In this document: piece by piece, positions 30,374 through 40,539 of the stretch
How positions within the stretch are numbered: position 1 is the first letter of the stretch
Layout: the number at the start of each line of letters is the position of its first letter
From: an uncultured Candidatus Rokubacteria bacterium
Lineage (GTDB): Bacteria; Methylomirabilota; Methylomirabilia; Rokubacteriales; DASRDR01
Assembly (NCBI GenBank): GCA_963708025.1
Contig: CAVPSB010000014.1
Span: 32,001-96,000, forward strand
Reading direction: 5' to 3'
DNA: 64,000 bases
Program-made: the position numbers and the translations under genes
Notes under the pieces: model-generated
Databases searched by the model: none
What the model saw: only the letters and a program-made list of their open reading frames with translations
Told to the model about the DNA's origin: nothing

Positions 30374-31801
30374 GTGCCCTTGATGATCTCGCAGCCCCTG
30401 GCCGCCACGCTGATCCACGGGCTGGGGCTGGCGGGCCTGGCGGCCGCCATCGGTGGGCTGGTTCTCGACGGGTTCATCCTGCCGGCGGGCGCCCCCGAGC
30501 TGGTGGCGGCCCGCGTTCGCCTCCGCCGGTGGATCACGGCCGCCCTCGTCGGCCTGGTTCTGACGACCGCGGCCGACCTGCTCGTTCGAACGCAGGTCAT
30601 GGCGCAGGCTCCGCTCGCGGTCGCGGTCGGGGCGGTGCCCGACGTGCTGACGCGGACGCACTTCGGCTCGATCTGGATCGCGCGCAGCGCGGCGCTGGTC
30701 CTGGCGGTGGCCCTCTCGCTCGCGCGCCCCACCGGGCTCCGGATCGGGTGCCTGCTCGTCGCCCTGGGCGTGGCGCTGACGACCACCCTCGCCGGTCACG
30801 CGGCCGAGTGGGGTGATCTGACCCTCAGCGTCGCGGTCGACTGGACGCACGCGGTGACGGCGTCCGCGTGGACCGGCGGACTGATCGGTCTTCCGCTCTT
30901 CGTTCTGCGCCGGGAGCCTCCGTGGCCGCCGATGGTGCTGGCCACCCTCGCGCGGCGCTTCTCCCGGCTGGCGGGTGCGTGCCTGCTCGCGGTGGTCCTG
31001 ACCGGCGCATACAGCGCGTGGACGCAGCTCGGGCCGGTGTCCACGCTGTGGACGAGCCCATACGGTCGCGTGCTCATCCTCAAGCTGCTCGTCGTGACCG
31101 CGCTTGCCGCGCTGGGGGCCGCCACCCGTTATCTCATCGTTCCGCAGCTCGGAGCCGGGCGCCCCTCTCGCGGAGCCGGCGCCCGGCTGTCTCGCCTGGC
31201 CCGGCTCGCGCTCCTCGGCCGCCCGAGCGTGGCGAGGCCGGCGGCGCCCGCGCGATTCGCCGCCTACCTCGCCGGCGAAGCCGTCCTCGCGGTCGCGGTG
31301 TTCGCGTGCACCGCCGTCCTGTGCGAAGGGACGCCCGGGCGCCATGCCCAGCAGCTGGACCGGAAGGCGGCGAGCCACGTGTCGGTCAAGGAGTTTCTCC
31401 AGAGCCGCGGCGCCGGAAGGGGGGCGAGCCTCACCCCGCCGGCCGGCGACGCCGCCCGGGGCCGCGCGGTCTTCGTGAAGCTCCGGTGCTTTGCGTGTCA
31501 TGTCGTGCAGGGTGAACCGTTTCCGCCGCCCGAGCGGCCGGGGCCGGAGCTGACCGACATCGGCCGCCAGCATCCGGCCTATCTCGTGGAGTCGATCATG
31601 AATCCGGACGCGAAGATCGTCGATGGACCGGGCTATGCCGGTCCGGACGGATCGTCGATCATGCCGGACTACCGGGAGAAGCTGACCGTCGGCGAGCTGA
31701 TCGACCTGGTGGCATACCTGAAGGGCCTCCAGGGGACGGCGCTGCCGTCGGCCGGCGCCGAGATCCGCCCCCAGCGAGCGCGCCCTGGAGCCGCCCGGTG
31801 A
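30374..31801 (+). CDS. CopD-family membrane protein fused to a c-type cytochrome
   Basis: THFG..W, AGHAA, H..TASAWTGGL, RRFSRLA, YGRVLILKL; C-terminal CFACH, GPELT, ESIMNP, MPDY. Confidence 0.88.
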   Translation: MPLMISQPLAATLIHGLGLAGLAAAIGGLVLDGFILPAGAPELVAARVRLRRWITAALVGLVLTTAADLLVRTQVMAQAPLAVAVGAVPDVLTRTHFGSIWIARSAALVLAVALSLARPTGLRIGCLLVALGVALTTTLAGHAAEWGDLTLSVAVDWTHAVTASAWTGGLIGLPLFVLRREPPWPPMVLATLARRFSRLAGACLLAVVLTGAYSAWTQLGPVSTLWTSPYGRVLILKLLVVTALAALGAATRYLIVPQLGAGRPSRGAGARLSRLARLALLGRPSVARPAAPARFAAYLAGEAVLAVAVFACTAVLCEGTPGRHAQQLDRKAASHVSVKEFLQSRGAGRGASLTPPAGDAARGRAVFVKLRCFACHVVQGEPFPPPERPGPELTDIGRQHPAYLVESIMNPDAKIVDGPGYAGPDGSSIMPDYREKLTVGELIDLVAYLKGLQGTALPSAGAEIRPQRARPGAAR

Positions 31802-31802
31802 C

Positions 31803-31873
31803 ACTCGCACCATCGCTGAAAGGGCGTGCCAGCCTCGTTGGGAATGTTGCATGTTGCACAACACTTGACAAGC
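31803..31873. repeat. 71-bp direct repeat copy 2 (Xre promoter region plus remnant of its first codons)
   Basis: 63/71 identity to 22903-22973; minus frame AGTPFQRWCE versus AGTPFQEWCE; GTG start replaced by GAG. Confidence 0.92.
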
Positions 31874-31986
31874 TGGGGGACGTCCGGCGGAAGGGGGGAA
31901 GAGCAGCCCGGCGTGTCAGCGGGATGGGGGGCCGTGGATCTGGCCAGCTCGACGGCAGCAGGAACTCACCCCCGGAGGGTTCGTCA

Positions 31987-32820
31987 ATGGTTCCAGAGAA
32001 GATCGACCGATACCTCCTGCTCGAACGGACGGCCCGATATGGGGTGACCGAGCACTTCACGGCTCGTGACACTCGGCTCGGCCGCCTGGTCACTCTGGAG
32101 GCGAGACCGAAGGAGCCGGGGGAGAATGGGAAGGGGCGCTCGGCTGTCCTGCGCGCGGCATCAGAAGCTTGGGCCAGTCTTGATCACCCGAATGTCGTCC
32201 GACTCCACGACTTCGGCGAGACTGCCGACTGGTACTATCGCGCGCTCGATCTACTGGACGGCACGGATCTGCGCCGCGTGCTGAACGACCGGATCCGATG
32301 GCCGCTTGCCAAGACGCTGTCTACCATCGGGCAAGTGTGCGAAGGGGTGGAGCACATCCATCGATCCGGCATCGTTCACCGCGACATCAAGCCGGCCCAC
32401 ATCTTCCTTCCGTCGCCGGGCGGCGTGAAGATCATCGGCTTCGGCGCCGCGATCAGGGTGTCCGGCCGCGAGGGTGGCTCACCGGAGCTCGCTGGAACGT
32501 TGCGGTACATCCCGCCCGAGCAAGCGCGCGGGCAGGTTGACCCGCGATCGGACATGTTTGCCGTCGGCGCCGTGCTCTATGAGCTGTTGGCGCTCCGGCC
32601 AGCGTTCGATGTCGATGATCGTTCGCTCGAAGACGCGATCTCTCTGCTGATTCGGAAGGACCGGATGGCGTCTCCCCCGACGCTCACGGATCTCGATGCG
32701 GCCATTCCGTCGGAGCTGGCCGCGATCGTCCATCGTGCCATTCAGTTGGAGCCCGAAAGGCGATTCCGAGACATGGCCGAGATGCGGAGCCAGCTGCAAG
32801 CGCTCCGGCTCGACACGTGA
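31987..32820 (+). CDS. Hanks-type Ser/Thr kinase-fold protein with degenerate catalytic motifs
   Basis: LDHPNVVRLHDFG, HRDIKPAH, GTLRYIPPEQ, RSDMFAVG, PERRF; lower GC. Confidence 0.88.
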   Translation: MVPEKIDRYLLLERTARYGVTEHFTARDTRLGRLVTLEARPKEPGENGKGRSAVLRAASEAWASLDHPNVVRLHDFGETADWYYRALDLLDGTDLRRVLNDRIRWPLAKTLSTIGQVCEGVEHIHRSGIVHRDIKPAHIFLPSPGGVKIIGFGAAIRVSGREGGSPELAGTLRYIPPEQARGQVDPRSDMFAVGAVLYELLALRPAFDVDDRSLEDAISLLIRKDRMASPPTLTDLDAAIPSELAAIVHRAIQLEPERRFRDMAEMRSQLQALRLDT

Positions 32821-32880
32821 CGCGCGCTCGGTCAGACGACCCGGATCGGTGCTGGCAACGGGTCGGCGAAGGCACGGGCT

Positions 32881-35800
32881 TCACGGAGCCAGGTCCACGT
32901 CGGCGGCGTCCCGGCCGGCCAGGCGGCGGTAGCCTGGCCCGCGATCGAAGAACGGGAGCCGGCTGCGCGCCGCGCGCATCCGCGCCCGCAGGGCGGCGGT
33001 AGCGCCCGCGTCGAGTCGGGGCTCGCCGTCCTCGCCCGCGAGGACCACCACCCCGTACTCCTCGCGAGCGGCGCGCTCCGACACCTTGCCCTGCGCCACG
33101 TCGAGGAGGACGAGCGGGGGCTCGCGCTCGAGTGGATCGCCCCAGCCGCCGCCGCCCGTCGTCTCCACGCGCACGAGAGTCCCGGCCGGGATCGGCTCGT
33201 CGTCGACCAGCCCCGGCAGGACGCGCTCGCCCGGTCCGCCGGGATCCACCGTGACGCGGAAGGGCGCTCCCGCCCGGCCGCCCTTGAGCCCCCAGCAGGC
33301 GAGGATCGAGCGGTCGGCCATCGACATGAAGTAGCCGTCGCAGAGCGTCCGGAACTCCTTCAGGTAGCCGAGCCCGCCGCGCCGCAGACCCGCGCCGCCG
33401 GAGTCGACGGCCAGCGCCAGCCGCTCGACCCGCAGCGGGAAGCGAGTCTCGGTGAACTCGACGGGCAGGTTCTTGCTGTCCGGTACGACGTGGACGATGT
33501 CCTCGCCGTCGGCGTAGGACCGCCCGCCCGACCCGCCTCCGAGCACCTCGCGCATCAGGTAGAACTCGCCGCCCGGGTCCACCCCGTGGAACGCCGGTGT
33601 AGCGGATCGTCTCCTGGTCGGCGGGCATCCGGCCGTTCGTCGCCTTGGCGAGCGCCCCGGCCAGGACGCCCAGGAGGCGCAGGATGACGAAGGTCCGGGC
33701 GTTGGTCGGCGCCGGGAAGACTGGCGTCAGCAGCGTGCCCGGCGGCGGGAACCGCATCTCCAGCAGCGGCACCACGCCCTCGTTGACGTCCAGCTCGGCC
33801 ATCCGCTCCGGGGTGTCGGCCAGGTTGCGCAGGATCGGGCGCCAGCCACTTCTTGAGGAAGCACGCCGTCGGCGTAGTCGCCGGCGTGGTTGATCGGACC
33901 CTTGGCCTGGGGGCTCGTGCCGGCGAAGTCGAGAACCAGCCGGTCCCCGGTCTTGGTCAGCGTGATGCGCTGGGCGTGGAGCCGGGGCGGGTCGACGCCG
34001 TCGTGCTCGGCGTAGTCCTCCCAGGCCCAGGTGCCGTCGGGGATCTGGGCCAGGCACTCGCGCCGGAACGTCTCGGTCGTCCGGGCGAGGATCGCCTCGA
34101 AGCACGCCTCCACCTGCGCCGTCCCGTACCGGCCGAAGAGCGCGGCGAGCCGGCGCGCGCCCTCAGGCGACAGGCGGAGCACTCGCGTCGAGGTCCGCCG
34201 CGCAGGCTGTCGGGCAGGCGCGAGTTCCGGGTCATGATGCGCAGCACGTCCGTGTTGGGGCGGCCGGCGTCGTAGAGCTTGACCGGCGGGACCATCAGGC
34301 CCTCCTCGTGGACGCTGGTCGCGTGCGACGGCATCGAGCCGGGCACGGCCCCGCCGATGTCGTCGTGGTGGCCGAAGGCCTGGACGAACGCGACGACCCG
34401 GCCGTCCTGATGCGGATCGAACACCGGCACGGTGACGCAGAGGTCCGGCAGGTGCCCGATCCCGCCCTCCGACTCGTAGACGTCGTTGTGGAAGAACACG
34501 TCGCCGGGACGCATGGTCTCCGGCGGGAAGTCCCGCACCACCGGCTGGACGAGCGACGAGTAGGAGCGACCGGTGAGCTTGCGGCAGCGCCGGTCGTGGA
34601 TGCCGGCGCGGAAGTCGCGGGCTTCCCGGATCATCGGCGAGCGCGCGGTCCGCTCGATGGCGGTCTCCACCTCGGCCTCGACCGAGGCCAGACTGCCCTG
34701 GACGATCTGGAGGACGATGGGATCGGCCGCGACCGTCTCGGAGCCCGGGGTGCGCTCGGCCGCCGGCGGACGGCCGTCCACCCGGGACAGGATCAGGTTC
34801 GCGAAGCGATCCACCTCGACCCGCTGGCCGGGAAAGACCACCGTGGTGGCGCCGAACTCCTCGACGATCGCCGGGCCGGCAAGCCGGTCGCCGGGCCGGA
34901 GCCGGCCCCGGTCGTAGACGGGGCACGCGACCTCGCGCCCGTCGAACACCACGCCCCGCGTGCCCGCGCGGGCGCGCTCCGCCTGGCCGTCCCCGGCGGG
35001 GGTGGCGCAGGGCGCCGGCCGTCTCGCCAGCCCGATGCCGACCACCCGCAGGTTGACCCACTCGACGGCGTGGCGGCCGGCGGCCTCGCGGTAGCTGTAC
35101 CCGTAGCGCTGCTCGTGGGCGGCGTGGAAGCGCTCGACCGTCTCGGCGGCTCGCGCGGCATCCAGCTCGCCGGCCGGCAGCTCCACGGTCACCTCCCAGG
35201 CCTGGCCGAAGTACCGGAGGTCGGCCAGGCGGACGAAGCGCCGGGCCGGCTCCGGGACCCCCTCGCGGTCCAGCGCCTCGCGGGCGCGGGCCTCGAGTCG
35301 CGCCAGGTGGGCGTCGGCGAGCGCGTGGTCCAGCCGATCGTGCCGCTGGACGCAGGTCTGGACGTAGTCGTTCTTGAGGTCGACCATCAGGAGGCCGAAG
35401 GCCGACACGGTCCCCGGCGACGCCGGGATCAGCGCCGCCCGGAGCCCCAGCAGGTCGACCAGGCGGCCGGCGAGGAGCGGACCGGAGCCGCCGAAGGCGA
35501 CCAGCGTGTAGTCGCGCGGGTCCAGGCCGCGCTTGACGCTCATCTGCTGGATGGCGTTCGCCTGGTTCCAGGCCGCGATCTCGAGGATGCCTTCCGCCGT
35601 CTGCCCGGGGCCGAGTCCCAGCTCGGCGGCCAGACCCTCGATCCCTTTTCGGGCGAGGTCGGCCGACAGCGGGACCTCGCCGCCGAGGAGGCGCGGCGGG
35701 ATGCGGCCCAGCATGAGCTGGGCGTCGGTGACCGTGGGCTGCGCGCCGCCGCGGCCGTAGCACATCGGGCCCGGATCGGCGCCCGCGCTGCCGGGCCCGA

Positions 35801-36830
35801 CCTTCAGGCCGCCGTCGGGGGCGCGCCAGGCGATCGAGCCGCCCCCGGTCCCCACCGTCACCAGGTCGATCATCGGCACCTTGACCGGGAAGCGCCCGAC
35901 GGCGCCGTCGGAGGTGAGGCCCGGCTCGCCCCGCTCGACCAGGCAGACGTCGGTGCTGGTCCCGCCGGCGTCCATGGTCAGGATGCGCTCGAAGCCGGCG
36001 GAGGTGGCGAGGAAGGCCGCCCCGAGGGCGCCGGCGGCGGGCCCGCTCAGGATCGTCGTGATCGGGTGGCGCACCACCTCGCGCGCGGAGATCACGCCGC
36101 CGTTGGACTTCATGACGTAGAACGGCACGCCGGCGCCGAGCTCGGCGTCCAGGCGGGTCCGGATCGACGCCACGTAGCTGGCCACGCGGGACTTGACGAA
36201 GGCGTCGACCAGGGTCGTCATCGTGCGCTCGTACTCGCGGTACTCCGGCCACACCTCGGACGAGAGCGAGACGTGGGCCCCCGGGTGCTCCTCCTCGAGC
36301 ACCGCGCGCATCCGCTGCTCGTGGGCCGGGTTGGCGTAGGCGTGGAGGAAGCTCACGCCGATCGACGTGATGCCCTGGCGCTGGCACCACCGCGCCACCT
36401 CGCGGGCCGCCGCCTCGTCGAGCTCGCGGAGCACCTCGCCGCGATGGCTCAGGCGCTCGGGCACCTCGCGGACGCGATGGAGCGGCACGATCCGGTCGGG
36501 TTTCACCCAGAAGTAGGAGTTCCCGTAGCCCTGGGGGACGCTCTGTCGCGCGATCTCCAGGACGTGGCGAAACCCTTCGGTCGTCACCAGCCCGAGGTCG
36601 GCGAACCGCTCCTCCAGGAGCGCGTTCGTCGCCACGGTCGTCCCGTGGCAGACCGCGCTGACCTCGTCCGCGCCCGCCAGGCGGCGGATCTTGCGGAGCC
36701 CCTCCAGCACGGCGAGGGACGGGTCGGCGGGCGTGGACGGCGTCTTGGTCGCGAAGACCTCGCCGGTCGCCTCGTCCACCGCGACCACGTCGGTGAACGT
36801 GCCCCCGGTGTCGATCCCGATCCGAAACAC
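32881..36830 (-). CDS. Fused hydantoinase A-B / 5-oxoprolinase-like protein (frameshifts near 34200, 33850, 33590)
   Basis: GIDTGGTFTD...SGPAAG...DAGGTSTD continues in frame into DPIVLQI, GHLPD, HHDDIGG; C-terminal DSGGAG..RGG and GGGGWGDPLER. Confidence 0.9.
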
Positions 36831-36831
36831 T

Positions 36832-36952
36832 GTTCGAGACCTCCCGCCTACCCCCCCAGCCCCCCTCCGTTTGATCGGATCGCCGGGACGGCTCGGTCCT
36901 GCGGCCCTCGCGGCGTCCCGCCCTCCGGCGGCCACCGGGGGGAGGGGGGGGC
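36832..36952 (-). repeat. Dispersed repeat family A, long form without inserted modules
   Basis: Reverse complement aligns with 2850-3034 minus three insertions. Confidence 0.9.
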
Positions 36953-36975
36953 CTGAAGACCCGACTCCTTGCCTC

Positions 36976-38001
36976 TCAGCGGAGCGTCCGGGAGAGGTCC
37001 CAGACGTCGTGCGTGTAGGCGGCCGGCTCGGCCGGCTTCTTGATCACGCCGAACTTGAGCGCGATGTCCGCGGTGCGCTTGAAGGCCTCGGGGTCCATCT
37101 TGCCCGCCGGCGTCTTGGGCGCCGGGGGGCCCCAGACGAGCTTGTTGATCTCGGCCATCATCCAGGCCTGGTGCGGCTTGCCGAGCACCGGGCTCTCCTT
37201 CAGGACCAGGTCGACGCAGGCGCCGGCGTTGTCCCGGCAGAACTCCCACCCCTTGAGCGATGCCCGCAGGAAGCGGGCGGCGGTCTCCTTGTTCTTGCCG
37301 GCCCGGAGCCAGTCGGCGCGCGTGAAGATCCCGTCCTCGAGCATGGCCGTGCCCTCGGCGTTGAAGTCGATGACGACCAGGTCCTCGGGCTTCACCCCGC
37401 CGTCCAGCACCTGCTTGTACTCGTTGTAGGTCATGGCGGCCGCCGCGTCGACCTGCTTCTGGAGCAGGAGGTTCATGTCGAACGGCTGCTGCACGAGCGT
37501 CAGGTCCTTCTGGGGATCGATCTTGTACTTGGCCAGGGTGGCCAGCAGCGCGAACTCGTTGCCGCCGAACCACACCGCCACCTTCCGGCCCTTGAGGTCC
37601 GCCGCCGTCTTGATGCCCGAGGTCTTGAAGGCGAGCTGGCGCATGCCGCTGTACGCGAACACCTGGCCGATGTTCACGAGCGGCACCCCTTGCTCGCGCG
37701 CGGAGAGCAGGCTCGGCAGCCAGTCGAGGCCGAACTCGGCGCCCCCGCCGGCCACCACCTGCTCGGGGACGATGTCCGGTCCGCCGGGAATGATCGTCAC
37801 ATCGAGATTCTCGGCGGTGTAGAAGCCGCGGGTCTTCGCGGCGTAGTAGCCCGCGAACTGCGCCTGGGTCACCCACTTGAGCTGGAGCCGCACCTTGGTG
37901 GCCTGGGCCGCGGCCGGCGCCGGCCACGCCGCTCCCAGGGCCACCATCACGCCGAGCGCCAGCCCCATCGTCCGTAGTCTCACGGTCGTCCGTCGCGCCA
38001 T
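36976..38001 (-). CDS. ABC substrate-binding protein, NMT1/THI5 family
   Basis: Signal peptide; LQLKWVTQAQFAGYYAA; DLKGRKVAVWFGGNE; AMTYNE. Confidence 0.92.
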   Translation of the reverse strand: MARRTTVRLRTMGLALGVMVALGAAWPAPAAAQATKVRLQLKWVTQAQFAGYYAAKTRGFYTAENLDVTIIPGGPDIVPEQVVAGGGAEFGLDWLPSLLSAREQGVPLVNIGQVFAYSGMRQLAFKTSGIKTAADLKGRKVAVWFGGNEFALLATLAKYKIDPQKDLTLVQQPFDMNLLLQKQVDAAAAMTYNEYKQVLDGGVKPEDLVVIDFNAEGTAMLEDGIFTRADWLRAGKNKETAARFLRASLKGWEFCRDNAGACVDLVLKESPVLGKPHQAWMMAEINKLVWGPPAPKTPAGKMDPEAFKRTADIALKFGVIKKPAEPAAYTHDVWDLSRTLR

Positions 38002-38038
38002 CACCGATTCCTCCCGACGTCACGTGGGTTTCGGTTCG

Positions 38039-38809
38039 TCACGCCCGCCCCTGCTCCCGCTCCGCCCGCCAGGGGACGGCGAGCCGCTCGACCAGCGCCA
38101 CCACCGCGTAGAAGGCGAGCCCGAGGAGGCAGGCGACGAGGATCGCCGACCAGGCCTGGCGGGTCTGGAAGAGGCTCGCCGTGCTCTTGATGTACACGCC
38201 CAGCGACTTCATGGGGCCGCCGAAGAACTCGCTCACGACCGCGCCGATCATGGCCAGCGTGGTGCAGGCCCGGAACGCGGTGAACATGAACGGCACGCTG
38301 TGCGGCAGGCGGAGCTTGAGGAAGACCTGCCACTCGGAGGCCGCGCAGCTCCGCATCAGCTCCAGGCTGCGGGGGTCGACGGAGAGCAGCCCGCGCAGCG
38401 TGCCGATGAAGGTAGGGAAGAAGGTCATCACGGTCACGATGGCGATCTTCGACCCGGGGCCGATTCCGAACCAGACGATCGCCAGCGGCGCCAGCGCCAC
38501 GATCGGGACGGAGGCCGAGGCGATGGCGTAGGGCAGGACGAGGCCGGCGAAGGCCGGCGAGCGGCTCGATAGCATCGCCGCCAGCAGTCCCAGGCCGCAG
38601 CCCAGCCCGTAGCCGGCCAGGGCCTCGCCGAACGTGTAGAGGCTCGCCTCGAGCAGGACCGGATAGCTCTGGCGGAGGCTGGCCACGATGACGTGCGGGG
38701 CGGGCAGGAGGTAGAACTCGATCGCGAACGCGAAGACGAAGGCCTCCCAGGCGGCGATGCCGAGGACGAAGACGCCGAGAGCCGGCAGGTTCTCCCGGAG
38801 CCGGCGCAC
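38039..38809 (-). CDS. ABC permease (NitT/TauT family)
   Basis: PAPH, VPIVALAPL, FFP, KLRLPHSVP, GAVVSEF. Confidence 0.92.
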   Translation of the reverse strand: MRRLRENLPALGVFVLGIAAWEAFVFAFAIEFYLLPAPHVIVASLRQSYPVLLEASLYTFGEALAGYGLGCGLGLLAAMLSSRSPAFAGLVLPYAIASASVPIVALAPLAIVWFGIGPGSKIAIVTVMTFFPTFIGTLRGLLSVDPRSLELMRSCAASEWQVFLKLRLPHSVPFMFTAFRACTTLAMIGAVVSEFFGGPMKSLGVYIKSTASLFQTRQAWSAILVACLLGLAFYAVVALVERLAVPWRAEREQGRA

Positions 38810-38812
38810 CGG

Positions 38813-39631
38813 CTACGCCCCCGCTCCGTCCGGGCCGGGGCCGGCGGCGAGGCCGGGGTCCTCGACGAGGTGCTCGCGCACGGTGGTGACCAGCTCGAAG
38901 AACCGCGGCAGGGCGCGCGTCTTCTCGCTGCGGGGGCGCGGCAGGTCCACGTCCACCACCCGCTCGATGCGGCCCGGGCGGGGGCTCAGCACCACCACCC
39001 GGCTGGAGAGGAAGACCGCCTCCGCGATGCTGTGGGTCACGAAGAGCACGGTGGCGCCGGTCTCGCCGCAGACGCTCAGCAGCTCCAGGTTGAGGCGCTC
39101 GCGCGTCATCTCGTCCAGCGCCCCGAACGGCTCGTCCATGAGCAGGATCGACGGGCTGGTCACCAGCGCCCGGGCCATGGCCACCCGCTGCTGCATCCCG
39201 CCCGAGAGCTGCCACGGGAAGTGACGGCGGAAGGCGTCGAGCCCGACCAGGCGCAACAGGGTCCGGACGCGCTCGTCCTGCTCGCGCCGCGGCCAGCCCA
39301 TCACCTCCAGCGGCAGGCGGACGTTCGCCTCGGCCGTGCGCCAGTCGTAGAGCACGGGTGCCTGGAAGACGATGCCGTAGTCCCGGCCGAGACGCGCCTG
39401 GTGGGGCGACTTCCCGTTCACGGTGACCGTGCCGCCCGACGGCGCGACGAGGTCGCCGACGATCCGCAGGAGGGTGGACTTGCCACAGCCGGACGGGCCG
39501 ATCAGCGAGACGAACTCACCCCGCTCGATGGCCAGCGACACGTCGCGGAGGGCTTCGGTCGCGCCGGCCCGGCTCGGGAACGTCTTGCCCACGCCGTCGA
39601 GCGCGATCATCGGGAGGCGCGACATCGGCAC
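38813..39631 (-). CDS. ABC ATPase (NitT/TauT family)
   Basis: GPSGCGKST, LSGGMQQR, LLMDEPFGALD, FVTHS. Confidence 0.95.
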   Translation of the reverse strand: MPMSRLPMIALDGVGKTFPSRAGATEALRDVSLAIERGEFVSLIGPSGCGKSTLLRIVGDLVAPSGGTVTVNGKSPHQARLGRDYGIVFQAPVLYDWRTAEANVRLPLEVMGWPRREQDERVRTLLRLVGLDAFRRHFPWQLSGGMQQRVAMARALVTSPSILLMDEPFGALDEMTRERLNLELLSVCGETGATVLFVTHSIAEAVFLSSRVVVLSPRPGRIERVVDVDLPRPRSEKTRALPRFFELVTTVREHLVEDPGLAAGPGPDGAGA

Positions 39632-39634
39632 GTC

Positions 39635-40468
39635 CTACGCGGACCGCCCGGCCGGCTGCCAGGCCACGCAGCGCCGCTCGACGGCGGCCACGGCGTGGTA
39701 GAACGCGATCCCGAGCAGCGCCGAGACCAGGATGGCCGCCCACAGGTTGGCGGGCCGCCAGTTGTAGTACTGGGCCGCGTTGATGATGACGACGCCCATC
39801 CCGAACCGGCTCCCCACCGGCAGCTCCCCGATGATGGCGCCGACGACGCTGGCCGTCGCGGAGAGGCGGAGTGCGACGAAGAGGTACGGGAGGGCCGCCG
39901 GGAAGCGGAGCTTCAGGAACACCTGCCGCCGGGTCGCGGCGAGGGCCCGCATCAGGGCGAGGGCGTCGGGGTCGACCGACCGGAGGCCCCGCAGCATGTT
40001 GACCGTCACCGGGAAGAAGGTGAGATACGCGGCGATGACCGCCTTGGACACCCACGAGGTGCCGAGCCACACCACCACCATCGGCGCCACCGCCAGGATC
40101 GGCACCGTCTGGGACACCATCACGTACGGGAGGAGCCCGCGCTCCAGGAGCCGCGAGCCCGCGAAGAGGATGGCCAGGGCCAGTCCCGCCGTCGCGCCAA
40201 AGGCGAAGCCGGCCAGGCTCTCGAGGGCGGTGTAGGCGGCGTTGTGGGCCATGATCAGGAGCCACGGGCTGCCGTCGGCGCCCTCTCGCAGGAACTCGCC
40301 GAGGATCTCGTGGACGTGCGGGAGCTGGTAGGTCGGGATCGCGAAGAGCGCCTTGCTCCCTTCCCACACCGCGACCAGGGCGGCCGGCACGGCGAGCGCG
40401 AGGAGCCGGCGGTTACGGCCCGGGCGCCCACCCCCGCCGGGCTCGGGGCCGCGCGTGCTTGCGGGCAT
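39635..40468 (-). CDS. ABC permease (NitT/TauT family)
   Basis: QTVPILAVAP, FFP, KLRFPAALP, GAIIGE. Confidence 0.92.
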   Translation of the reverse strand: MPASTRGPEPGGGGRPGRNRRLLALAVPAALVAVWEGSKALFAIPTYQLPHVHEILGEFLREGADGSPWLLIMAHNAAYTALESLAGFAFGATAGLALAILFAGSRLLERGLLPYVMVSQTVPILAVAPMVVVWLGTSWVSKAVIAAYLTFFPVTVNMLRGLRSVDPDALALMRALAATRRQVFLKLRFPAALPYLFVALRLSATASVVGAIIGELPVGSRFGMGVVIINAAQYYNWRPANLWAAILVSALLGIAFYHAVAAVERRCVAWQPAGRSA

Positions 40469-40539
40469 GCGCCGAGTGTAGCGCATCGCGGCCGCCCGGT
40501 CCTGTCGGCGGGCGCCACCCGTGGGAGTCGTCGCCGAGG

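Noticed and set aside
22903-31873. 8.9-kb segment between the direct repeats as one integrated element (attL/attR)
   Set aside because: No recombinase, internal genes have host-like GC, and the repeat corresponds to the Xre promoter and 5' end; not fully excluded
34371-35410. Additional GGCCGAAGGCC occurrences
   Set aside because: They lie in coding sequence (Ala-Phe-Gly codons on the minus strand) without the full module or repeat context
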